From contig JAHHHQ010000047.1 in assembly GCA_019359285.1 (NCBI GenBank), positions 24,903-88,902 on the forward strand: DNA of 64,000 bases. The letters run 5' to 3'. A program made the translations under genes and the position numbers. How positions within the stretch are numbered: position 1 is the stretch's first letter; every line of letters starts with the position of its first letter. The notes under the pieces were generated by a model. It did not search any database and was not told the origin of the DNA. It was given only the letters and a program-made list of their open reading frames with translations. Of this stretch, positions 46,862-54,793 are shown piece by piece. This DNA comes from Nodosilinea sp. WJT8-NPBG4 (GTDB lineage Bacteria > Cyanobacteriota > Cyanobacteriia > Phormidesmidales > Phormidesmidaceae).

Positions 46862-47167
46862 TTACGAAGCGGCTTGGTAAGGATGAATTTGGGCCAGGGC
46901 CTCCGATTCCTCTTGCTGAGCTTGGTACAGGTCCCAGCGTAGTTGCAGCGTCATCCAGAAATCAGCGGACATACTAAAGAACTTGGCCAGACGCAGGGCG
47001 AATCCGGGAGTGATGCTTTGTTGGCCATCGATAACAGCCTCAACCTTGGCGAGAGGGAGATTAATAGACTCTGCCAGACCTTGTGGAGTTAGCTCCATCG
47101 GCGTTAAAAACTCCTCCAGCAGCATTTCTCCTGGATGGGTGGGTGGTCGATGGGTTGGAATCCTCAT
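46862..47167 (-). CDS. higA: HigA-family antitoxin (XRE HTH)
   Basis: HPGEMLLEEFLTPMELTPQGLAESINLPLAKVEAVIDGQQSITPGFALRLAKFF is the canonical HigA. It lies downstream of higB. Confidence 0.85.
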   Translation of the reverse strand: MRIPTHRPPTHPGEMLLEEFLTPMELTPQGLAESINLPLAKVEAVIDGQQSITPGFALRLAKFFSMSADFWMTLQLRWDLYQAQQEESEALAQIHPYQAAS

Positions 47168-47181
47168 AGGGTTTACTACTC

Positions 47182-47475
47182 CTAGTGGTAATCTACAACC
47201 TCTACTTCAGTCGCTCCCTGATCTATCCAACGAAAACAAATACGGTACTGTTCGTTAATCCTAATACTGTACTGTCCCGCTCGGTTCCCCTGGAGAGCTT
47301 CTAGTCGGTTGCCGGGAGGAATTTTGAGGTCGTCCATATGGGCGGCTGAGTCAATTTGATCTAGCTTGCGAGCGGCGCGTTTCCAGAGAGTTTGAGGACA
47401 GATTGCCCGCGCTGCCTTGGAACTTTTGCCGTTAAAGATATCCTCAGTTCCCTGATTGCAAAAGGAGTGAATCAT
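47182..47475 (-). CDS. higB: HigB-family toxin (RelE/ParE superfamily, plasmid-maintenance killer)
   Basis: MIHSFCNQGTEDIF...LDQIDSAAHMDDLKIPPGNRLEALQGNRAGQYSIRINEQYRICFRW is the canonical HigB. Toxin-first gene order. Confidence 0.85.
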   Translation of the reverse strand: MIHSFCNQGTEDIFNGKSSKAARAICPQTLWKRAARKLDQIDSAAHMDDLKIPPGNRLEALQGNRAGQYSIRINEQYRICFRWIDQGATEVEVVDYH

Positions 47476-47493
47476 CTTCAGTGCCGAACGCCT

Positions 47494-48348
47494 TTAGGCA
47501 AATACCACGGTGCGGTTGCCGTAGACTAGGGTGCGGTTTTGCAGGTGCAGCCGCACGGCGCGGGCCAGCACAATGCGCTCCACATCTTTGCCCTTGCGGA
47601 TCAGCTCCTTCACATCGTCGCGGTGGCTGATGCGTACCACGTCTTGCTCGATGATTGGGCCTTCGTCGAGGTCACTGGTGACGTAGTGGGCAGTGGCCCC
47701 AATAATTTTCACCCCCCGTTGAAAGGCGCGCTGGTAGGGGTTAGCTCCCATAAAGGCAGGCAAAAACGAGTGGTGAATGTTGATGACGCGATCGTACTGG
47801 CTGAGGAAATCTGAGCTGAGCACCTGCATGTATTTGGCCAGCACTACCAGGTCAATGTTGTATTGCTTGAGGAGTTCTAGCTGCCGCTGTTCTTGCTCAG
47901 CCTTGGTGTCTTTGGTCATGGGCAGATGCTCAAAGGCGATGCCGAACTGGTCGGCGGTGGGTTTGAGATGGGGGTGGTTGCTAATAATCAGCGGAATCTC
48001 AGCCTGAAACTCGCCCGCTTTGTGCCGCCAGAGCAAGTCGAGCAGGCAGTGGTCTTGATGGCTCACCCAGATCGACAGGCGGGGCACGGCGTCAGAGAAG
48101 TGGATCTGCCAGGTAGCCCCGAGGGGTTGGGCGATCGCCCCAAACGCCGCCCCAATGATTTCCCTGGGTAGGTTGAACCCGTCTAGCTCCCACTCTAGAC
48201 GCGACAAAAATAGCCCCGCCTCTGGATCGCGGTGCTGGTCGGCATGGAGAATGTTGCCGCCGTTGGCGTAGATAAAGTTGGCAATCTTGGCCACCAAACC
48301 CTTTTGGTCTGGGCAAGAAAACAGCAAAATAGCGGTGGGAGAAGCCAT
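47494..48348 (-). CDS. purU: Formyltetrahydrofolate deformylase
   Basis: N-terminal ACT domain (LLFSCPDQKGLVAKIANFI) and formyltransferase domain (INIHHSFLPAF). Confidence 0.93.
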   Translation of the reverse strand: MASPTAILLFSCPDQKGLVAKIANFIYANGGNILHADQHRDPEAGLFLSRLEWELDGFNLPREIIGAAFGAIAQPLGATWQIHFSDAVPRLSIWVSHQDHCLLDLLWRHKAGEFQAEIPLIISNHPHLKPTADQFGIAFEHLPMTKDTKAEQEQRQLELLKQYNIDLVVLAKYMQVLSSDFLSQYDRVINIHHSFLPAFMGANPYQRAFQRGVKIIGATAHYVTSDLDEGPIIEQDVVRISHRDDVKELIRKGKDVERIVLARAVRLHLQNRTLVYGNRTVVFA

Positions 48349-48352
48349 TGAG

Positions 48353-48392
48353 GAGTGGATGAGTGGGCGGGTGGATGGGTAGTTGGGTTATG
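48353..48392 (+). repeat. Five tandem octamers of the GGGTGGAT family abutting the purU start codon
   Basis: GAGTGGAT GAGTGGGC GGGTGGAT GGGTAGTT GGGTTATG starts 4 nt from the purU ATG (48346-48348, minus strand). Confidence 0.7.
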
Positions 48393-48542
48393 GAAGCCCA
48401 AGGTCAGTTGGTGGTCTCACTTTGGGCAGTTTGTGGGGCAGGCGTAGGGTGGCACTGCCCACCAGCTTTGAGTCAATGCGATTCAACGCTTATCGACCGC
48501 GCGAAAGCAACGGTGGGCTTAGCCTAGCACCCGCAACGGCAA

Positions 48543-49304
48543 TCAGTTGGTAGCTCCAGGAGCGGGGCTGTCAGTTGGCGCAGGCGCAGGCTGAGCCTCG
48601 TTTGTCGGGGGCTCTGTAGTAGTGGAATTTGGTGTGGGAGCGGGCGTCGGAGTTGGTGCCGGGGCTGGGGGGGATGCCGCTGGTGTGCTGCTCTCCGGAG
48701 TTGAACTGGCCCCCGGATTTGCTGGAGCTGGGGTTTCTGCCGGCATCTTCCACTCCGCTAGGGGGCGCTTGATGCCGTTGGCCACATCGCGGGTGACGAC
48801 AAAGACTGAGTATTCGGACTCACCGGCTGGAGGCCAGGGCTCGGGGTCGACCACGGCATAGTTGGCGCTGCCGCTAAAGTCAGGGCCACCCAAAATCAGC
48901 TCGTGCTCGGTGCCGTCTTTAAGGGTGACGGTGACGACGCCTAGGGGAGCGTTAAAGCCAAAGTCGGTGGACTGGTCGGCCCGCATAGTGACGGTTTGCA
49001 GAGGCGAGTCGGTGTTAAGGCGGCTGAGCAGGAAGGCGATCGCCCCTGGTTCAGCCGGCGCATTTTCAGGCTTGGTCATTTGCCAGGTCTCGCTGTCGCC
49101 CTGCGTAAAGACCAGAGTTTCATTGCCGCGATCGACGGTGAGGGTGGCGACGTCGGCTTCTTCAAAGGTGAAGATGGTCTCGGTGGATTCGGTCTCGGTG
49201 GCAGATTCAGTGGACTGCGATCGCTGCGACTCAGCAATCAATACCCCGGCCCCTAGCAAAAAGGCCACCCCTACCAGCATCACCGTACTGCGCTTAAGCT
49301 TCAT
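48543..49304 (-). CDS. Secreted/anchored DUF4340-like protein with a Pro/Thr-rich tail
   Basis: MKLKRSTVMLVGVAFLLGAGVLIAE signal/anchor. The domain assignment is from memory. Confidence 0.6.
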   Translation of the reverse strand: MKLKRSTVMLVGVAFLLGAGVLIAESQRSQSTESATETESTETIFTFEEADVATLTVDRGNETLVFTQGDSETWQMTKPENAPAEPGAIAFLLSRLNTDSPLQTVTMRADQSTDFGFNAPLGVVTVTLKDGTEHELILGGPDFSGSANYAVVDPEPWPPAGESEYSVFVVTRDVANGIKRPLAEWKMPAETPAPANPGASSTPESSTPAASPPAPAPTPTPAPTPNSTTTEPPTNEAQPAPAPTDSPAPGATN

Positions 49305-49319
49305 ACCCGCTTACCAAAA

Positions 49320-49373
49320 CTCCCAAGTCGTAGGATAGATCCTGCAGTGCTGATCCATCCTACGACTTGGGAG
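49320..49373 (-). terminator. Long hairpin plus U-tract after vapBC
   Basis: CTCCCAAGTCGTAGGAT (49320-49336) and ATCCTACGACTTGGGAG (49357-49373) form a perfect 17-bp stem, extendable by ~9 bp with one mismatch. On the minus strand it is followed by TTTT, and it ends only 15 nt before the DUF4340 ATG. Confidence 0.55.
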
Positions 49374-49432
49374 GCTGATTGTATTAGGGTTTAACTGATT
49401 CAAATTCAGTGAGTAGCCAATCTCTTAAAAAC

Positions 49433-49894
49433 TTAAGCCTCAGGAACCTCCTCATCAATATCCTGAGGACGAACGGTAGAGACTCCAAGAATACCCGCAA
49501 AATCACTTGGATTTAGCGTCAAGATATGGCTAATGTCCGCAACTGCCATCACGGCTGCGATGCGAGCATCGTGGGTTCGTTTACCCTTAATTTCATTCCC
49601 AGTTACAAGAGTCAGCCAAGTCCATAAAATTTGCGGTCCTTCTTCCACCAGAGGAAACCGAACAATCAATTGATCAATCACTTGGCACGTCTGCTCGATC
49701 GACCAACCTAAGCCATTTACCTCAGTAGGACGAGTGGCAACAACCCAAAGCTCAATCAGAACTTGCGCCGTTAAATAACACTCATGCCCCTGCATAAGCA
49801 AGGTGGCGACGGCCTCTGTCACTAGCCCATGTTGTTCATCAGACGGGTTGCTAAACCGTAGAACAATGTTGGTGTCTAGCAGATATTTGGCCAT
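49433..49894 (-). CDS. vapC: PIN-domain toxin (VapC-like)
   Basis: MAKYLLDTNIVLRF... has the acidic PIN residues (D7, E, D). The start overlaps the upstream stop (TGATG). Confidence 0.8.
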   Translation of the reverse strand: MAKYLLDTNIVLRFSNPSDEQHGLVTEAVATLLMQGHECYLTAQVLIELWVVATRPTEVNGLGWSIEQTCQVIDQLIVRFPLVEEGPQILWTWLTLVTGNEIKGKRTHDARIAAVMAVADISHILTLNPSDFAGILGVSTVRPQDIDEEVPEA

Positions 49895-50136
49895 CAGTCG
49901 TAAATGGTGCCGCGGTCAAACGCTTCATTTGGAAGACTTGAACCTGTTCGAGGTAGTTGCGAGACCCAGGTACGAAAATTCTGAGCACGCTCTAAAGGAG
50001 TTGCATGCTGCCAGAACAGATTGTCCTGAGATAGCGTCTCAATTTGAGGCTTGAACGAGTTGACAAGATCAGCGATTTTTTTCAATTGACTTTCGCTGAG
50101 TTTATCAATCTCTTGTTTGAGGGTTTCACGTAGCAT
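49894..50136 (-). CDS. Putative antitoxin of the PIN toxin
   Basis: 80-aa ORF translationally coupled to vapC, low GC. No specific family recognised. Confidence 0.6.
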   Translation of the reverse strand: MLRETLKQEIDKLSESQLKKIADLVNSFKPQIETLSQDNLFWQHATPLERAQNFRTWVSQLPRTGSSLPNEAFDRGTIYD

Positions 50137-50225
50137 GGCTTTTGTCCTTAACCAAGACCACTTATCTACCTATTATGTTGCTCGTGTCGGATGCGCTACA
50201 ACAAGCTGAGCACATCCGATACGAG

Positions 50226-51644
50226 CTAGGCTGCGGCGAGAGCAGGGGCGGGAGCCGTTGAGGTGGAGAGCTGAGCCAGAATGCCGTTGACGTTGGTTTT
50301 GGCGTCGCCAAACAGCATTAGCGTGTTGTCGTTGAAGAAGAGCGGATTTTCTACCCCGGCATAGCCCGACGACATACCGCGTTTCAGCACCACTACGGTA
50401 TCGGCTTCCCAAACTTCCATCACGGGCATGCCGGCGATGGGGCTGGTGGGGTCATTTTTGGCGCTAGGGTTAACGGTGTCATTGGCACCAACTACCAGCA
50501 CCACATCGGTCTGGCGCAGGTCGTCATTGATTTCGTCCATCTCCAGCACGATGTCGTAGGGCACGTTGGCCTCGGCCAGCAGCACGTTCATATGGCCGGG
50601 CATGCGGCCCGCCACGGGGTGAATGCCAAACCGCACCTGTTTGCCTTGGGCGCGGAGCAGGCGGGTAATCTCCGCCACGGGGTGCTGGGCCTGGGCCACA
50701 GCCATGCCGTAGCCGGGGACGATCACGACACTCTGGGCGTTGGCTAGCAGCTCGACGACTTCGGCCGTAGTGGTGCTAGTGGCGCTGCCCTCAAGGGCAG
50801 CCGCCTTGCCAGAGCTAGTAGTTTCTCCAAAGCCCCCTAGCAGCACGTTGACGAAGGAGCGGTTCATGCCTTTACACATGATGTAGCTGAGAATGGCCCC
50901 GCTGCTGCCCACTAGTGCCCCAGTGATAATTAGCAGGTCGTTGTTGAGCATAAAGCCTGCCGCCGCCGAGGCCAGCCCCGAGTAGCTGTTGAGCAGCGAA
51001 ATCACCACCGCCATGTCGGCTCCGCCGATCGCCATCACAATCACGATCCCAAAGATGCCTGCGATCGCCGTCATCGCCGCCAAAATCCACATTCCTGGGC
51101 TGCCGGTAGCGGTGAGAAAGGGCGCGACGAGAAATGCGATCGCCCCCAGCATGCCCAGCGTAAATACGTGGCGCGCGGGCAGCAGCACCGCCCGGCTGGG
51201 CACCCAGCCCCGCAGCTTGGCCACCGCAATCACTGATCCGGTAAAGGTGACGATGCCAATGAACACGCCGATATAAATTTCCACCCGGTGAACGGTGATA
51301 TCTGTGCCCGTAAGCGCGGCACTGGGCTGGAGGTATTCGGCAAAGCCGACTAGGACAGCGGCCAGGCCCACAAAGCTGTTGAGCAGCGCCACCATCTCGG
51401 GCATATCGGTCATCGCCACGCGGGCGGCGGCTAGCACGCCCACCAGCACCCCAAGGCCGATGGAGCCAATTTGGACGGGGTAGCCCTGGCAAATGAGCGC
51501 CGTTGCTCCAAAGGCGATCGCCATGCCGAGAATGCCCAGCAGGTTGCCCCGCTTAGCGGTCTCTGGCTGCGACAGTCCCGCCAGACTGAGGATGAAGAGG
51601 GCGCTAGCGACGATGTAGGCAGTGGTTACGAGGTTGTTTTCCAT
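50226..51644 (-). CDS. pntB: NAD(P) transhydrogenase subunit beta
   Basis: Multi-TM N-part and dIII domain ([40 protein letters not shown]). ATG 51644 (MENNLV...) is preferred. The track start at 51725 reads through the intercistronic hairpin. Confidence 0.93.
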   Translation of the reverse strand: MENNLVTTAYIVASALFILSLAGLSQPETAKRGNLLGILGMAIAFGATALICQGYPVQIGSIGLGVLVGVLAAARVAMTDMPEMVALLNSFVGLAAVLVGFAEYLQPSAALTGTDITVHRVEIYIGVFIGIVTFTGSVIAVAKLRGWVPSRAVLLPARHVFTLGMLGAIAFLVAPFLTATGSPGMWILAAMTAIAGIFGIVIVMAIGGADMAVVISLLNSYSGLASAAAGFMLNNDLLIITGALVGSSGAILSYIMCKGMNRSFVNVLLGGFGETTSSGKAAALEGSATSTTTAEVVELLANAQSVVIVPGYGMAVAQAQHPVAEITRLLRAQGKQVRFGIHPVAGRMPGHMNVLLAEANVPYDIVLEMDEINDDLRQTDVVLVVGANDTVNPSAKNDPTSPIAGMPVMEVWEADTVVVLKRGMSSGYAGVENPLFFNDNTLMLFGDAKTNVNGILAQLSTSTAPAPALAAA

Positions 51645-51678
51645 ATCCTTTGGGAATGCGTGGGTAGGCAGTTTTGCG

Positions 51679-51741
51679 TTTTGAACTTTGAATTTTGCCT
51701 TTTGAACTTTGAATTCAAAAGGCAAAATTCAAAGTTCAAAA
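51679..51741. repeat. Perfect 25-bp-stem hairpin element between pntA and pntB (TTTTGAACTTTGAATT repeat family)
   Basis: Left arm TTTTGAACTTTGAATTTTGCCTTTT (51679-51703), loop GAACTTTGAATTC, right arm AAAAGGCAAAATTCAAAGTTCAAAA (51717-51741). The arms are an exact reverse complement. The 16-mer TTTTGAACTTTGAATT also occurs twice in direct orientation. Confidence 0.9.
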
Positions 51742-51745
51742 AGAA

Positions 51746-53359
51746 TTACTTATGAAACATATTCAGCATGCGCTGCGACACCATAAAGCCCCCGGCGATG
51801 TTAACGGTGCCGAGGAAGAGGGCGATCGCCCCCAAGATCGTCATCGGTGAGGCGATGTTGTTAGAAATTTGCAGCATGCCACCGATGATGATGATGCCGC
51901 TGATGGCATTGGTGACGCTCATCAGGGGAGTGTGCAGGCTGGGCGACACATCCCAAATTACCTTCCAGCCCAGGAAGCTGGCCAGGACAAAGACCGTCAG
52001 GTGAGTCATAAACGAGGCGGGAGCCCAGAGGCCGATAGCCACACAGGCCAGGCCAATCAGGACGGGCCAGAGCAGCTGGCTAAACCAGGACTTAGCAGCG
52101 GGAATTTCCTCCGCGGTAGGGGAGCTAGGGGAGGTGGGGGAGACTCTGGGGGCGGGAGCTTCTACCTTGGGCGGCGGCCAGGTCACCTGGCCGTTGTGAA
52201 TCACGGTGGTGGCACGAATCACCTGGTCTTCCATATTGATGGTGAACTTTTCGGCTCCGCCCAGGTCGCTGAGCAGGTGCACCAGGTTGTTGCCGTAGAG
52301 CTGGCTAGCCTGGGAGGCCATGCGGCTGGGCAGGTCAGTCAGGCCAATGATGGTGACGCCGTTGTGCGAAATCACCTGACCAGGCTCGGTGACTTCGCAG
52401 TTGCCCCCTTGCTCAGCGGCTAGGTCAACTACTACTGAGCCGGGCTTCATGCTCTCGACCATCTCTTGGGTGATCAGCAGCGGTGCTGGTTTACCGGGGA
52501 TCAGCGCCGTGGTGATGATGATGTCAACATCTTTGGCCTGCTGGGCAAATAGAGCCATTTCGGCGGCGATAAAGGCTGGGCTCATCACCTTGGCGTAGCC
52601 GCCTTCGCCACTGCCGTCTTCTTCAAAGTGCAGCTCTAGAAATTCTGCGCCTAAACTCTGCACCTGTTCTTTGACCACTAGGCGGGTGTCAAAGGCTTTG
52701 ACGATCGCCCCCAAACTCTTGGCAGCCCCAATCGCAGCCAACCCAGCCACGCCAACCCCAATCACCATCACCTTGGCGGGAGGCATTTTGCCAGCGGCGG
52801 TAATCTGGCCCGTAAAGCAGCGACCAAAGTTGCTGGCGGCCTCGATCACCGCTCGGTAGCCGCCGATGTTGGCCATCGAGCTAAGGGCATCGAGCTTTTG
52901 GGCGCGGGAAATGCGGGGGACAGAATCCATCGCCAGGACAGTGCCGCCCTGGTGGGCCAGCTGCTCTAGCAGCTCGGGGTTTTGGGCGGGCCAGATAAAG
53001 CTGACCAGGGTTTGCTCGGGTTTGAGCAGGGTGGCCTCGTGGCGATCGAGGGTGGGGTGGTGCTGTGGCGATCGCACCTTAAGCACTACATCGGCGGCTT
53101 CCCACAGGCTGGCGGCATCGGCCACCACCGTGCAGCCAGCGGCTTGGTAAGCGCTGTCGGTAAAGCTGGCCCCGGCTCCGGCCTGGGTTTCGACCAGTAC
53201 CTCAAAGCCTAGCTTTTGCAGTTTTTTGGCGGTGTCGGGGGTAGCGGCGACCCGCTGTTCGCCCGCAAACACCTCCTTCGGAATGCCCACCTTAAGCCCT
53301 GGAGAGGCGGCATCTAGGGGAGCGGCTACAGAATTGTCTTTGGGTGCTGCAATGGTCAT
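51746..53359 (-). CDS. pntA: NAD(P) transhydrogenase subunit alpha (dI plus membrane dII-alpha in one polypeptide)
   Basis: Alanine-dehydrogenase/PNT fold with VIGVGVAGLAAIGAAKSLGA Rossmann motif, then C-terminal TM helices. 537 aa. Confidence 0.93.
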   Translation of the reverse strand: MTIAAPKDNSVAAPLDAASPGLKVGIPKEVFAGEQRVAATPDTAKKLQKLGFEVLVETQAGAGASFTDSAYQAAGCTVVADAASLWEAADVVLKVRSPQHHPTLDRHEATLLKPEQTLVSFIWPAQNPELLEQLAHQGGTVLAMDSVPRISRAQKLDALSSMANIGGYRAVIEAASNFGRCFTGQITAAGKMPPAKVMVIGVGVAGLAAIGAAKSLGAIVKAFDTRLVVKEQVQSLGAEFLELHFEEDGSGEGGYAKVMSPAFIAAEMALFAQQAKDVDIIITTALIPGKPAPLLITQEMVESMKPGSVVVDLAAEQGGNCEVTEPGQVISHNGVTIIGLTDLPSRMASQASQLYGNNLVHLLSDLGGAEKFTINMEDQVIRATTVIHNGQVTWPPPKVEAPAPRVSPTSPSSPTAEEIPAAKSWFSQLLWPVLIGLACVAIGLWAPASFMTHLTVFVLASFLGWKVIWDVSPSLHTPLMSVTNAISGIIIIGGMLQISNNIASPMTILGAIALFLGTVNIAGGFMVSQRMLNMFHK

Positions 53360-53898
53360 AGGGAGTTACGAGGGGAATGGCCTTAAACAACAAAAACGCA
53401 GGCAATAGACGGGAGAATGGCGATAAAAAAGATCCCAACCTTAGCGCTAGTGAAACGGGATCAGAGGTAGTCAAATTTTGCGTCAGGCTCAGAGGGCGCG
53501 AGGCGATGAAGTTGTTCGTCGGAGGGGCGGTTGGCTTTGCCGGCCCAGGGGGAATCGTACAGTCGATGCAAACAGGCTCTAGGTAGCAAAGGGGTGGTTC
53601 CGTGACATAACCCCCTGCTTCAAAGGAATTACAAGGATCGTCAATTAGTCTAAACGGCCTGGTTTTACATGTATTTTCTACAAAATTGCCCCATCCTGCC
53701 GATTACTACAATCTCCCCTACTGACATAGATGGTCTAGATATTCAGATTGTTTTTCGATTTCAACAAAACGAAACACTTCAGAGCCCGATACCTTGACCG
53801 AGTAGAGCAGAGTAGTTGGCAAAAAATTCTTGCCCATTGTCTGGCATGGTAAAAGTACCGCCTGCCCTCAGGGTTAAAACTTCAAAAATATTTTATGT

Positions 53899-53927
53899 CT
53901 GACAACGTTGTGGGAGCTGGTTGTCAG
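53899..53927 (-). terminator. Hairpin downstream of the HAD-IIB gene
   Basis: CTGACAAC ... GTTGTCAG is an 8-bp stem. On the minus strand it is followed by an A/U-rich tail ending in TTTT. Confidence 0.4.
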
Positions 53928-53980
53928 CAATAGAAAACAACGTCTTTTTTTGTTACAAAGCTGGTCATTCCAGGCCAATT

Positions 53981-54748
53981 CTAAAAAATTTGCACTAAAG
54001 CTTTTACGAGTTCTAAAAACCCTGCCACTTCGACCGCCTGGGTGACGTAGGTGGGGTGATAGGTAAGCCGAGGCCAGTAGTCGACCACGTTGGCCACCCC
54101 CACCGACTGAGGAAATAGAGCTGGGTTAAACATGCTTTCGTCGTTGGGGCTGTCGCCTACGGTCAAGACCTCAGCGGCGGCGATCGGTGCAAAATAGCGC
54201 TCGAGCACCCGCTGCAAGCCCGCCGCCTTGGACTGGCCCAGCGTAAACAGGTGGCACTGCACGGTGCTATAGGTAAACCCCCAGGCCATCGATTGGCACA
54301 GCTGTGTCATCTCATCTAGATCGGCTTGGGTTAGGCCCTCAATGCCAAACGTCCAGTCAGTGAGGCGAAAGCGATTGTCGTCTGACTCGCGCAGCTTAGG
54401 CCACCGCCACTGAAGTTGGGCAAAGGCCTGTTGCAGCAACTGGCGGTGGGCGACCAGGTTGGGAATGTCAACCAGTGGCTCTGGCGGACCGTTTTGGGGA
54501 AAGTAGATACCGCCGTTTTCGGCCATGGCCCCGACTACGGGCAGGTAGTGGGCTAGGCCATTCACCCAACCGGCCGAGCGCCCGGTGACAATCATCACCG
54601 GCAGGCCCACCTCCTGAAGCTGCTCTAGCCCTTGCAGCAGGGCAGGGGTAAATTTGCCCTGGCGGGTGAGGGTGCCATCCATGTCGGTGGCCAGCAGCTG
54701 GGGCCGGGGTGAAAACCCGTGGCTGGGTAATGGTTGAACTTCGCCCAT
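53981..54748 (-). CDS. HAD-IIB family hydrolase (Cof / sugar-phosphate phosphatase-like)
   Basis: LLATDMDGTLT (DxDGT motif I), IVTGRS (motif II) and GDSPNDESMF (motif IV). Confidence 0.8.
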   Translation of the reverse strand: MGEVQPLPSHGFSPRPQLLATDMDGTLTRQGKFTPALLQGLEQLQEVGLPVMIVTGRSAGWVNGLAHYLPVVGAMAENGGIYFPQNGPPEPLVDIPNLVAHRQLLQQAFAQLQWRWPKLRESDDNRFRLTDWTFGIEGLTQADLDEMTQLCQSMAWGFTYSTVQCHLFTLGQSKAAGLQRVLERYFAPIAAAEVLTVGDSPNDESMFNPALFPQSVGVANVVDYWPRLTYHPTYVTQAVEVAGFLELVKALVQIF

Positions 54749-54793
54749 CGAGTTTACACTTTGTGGTTACTGTGAATAGGTCATTGTGGCTTA

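Noticed and set aside
48862-49338. 158-aa plus-strand ORF opposite the DUF4340 gene
   Set aside because: It is an antisense shadow ORF. The minus-strand frame has a signal peptide and coherent domain structure.
50872-51492. 206-aa ORF in an alternative frame of pntB, and similar internal ORFs across pntA/pntB
   Set aside because: The translation is R/G/P-rich and low-complexity, and it lies entirely within a gene whose other frame is a textbook PntB.
51645-51725. N-terminal extension of the pntB ORF ([19 protein letters not shown]...)
   Set aside because: The repetitive peptide is just the translation of the intercistronic hairpin repeat. PntB homology begins at MENNLV (ATG 51644), which has an AAAGGA ribosome-binding site upstream.
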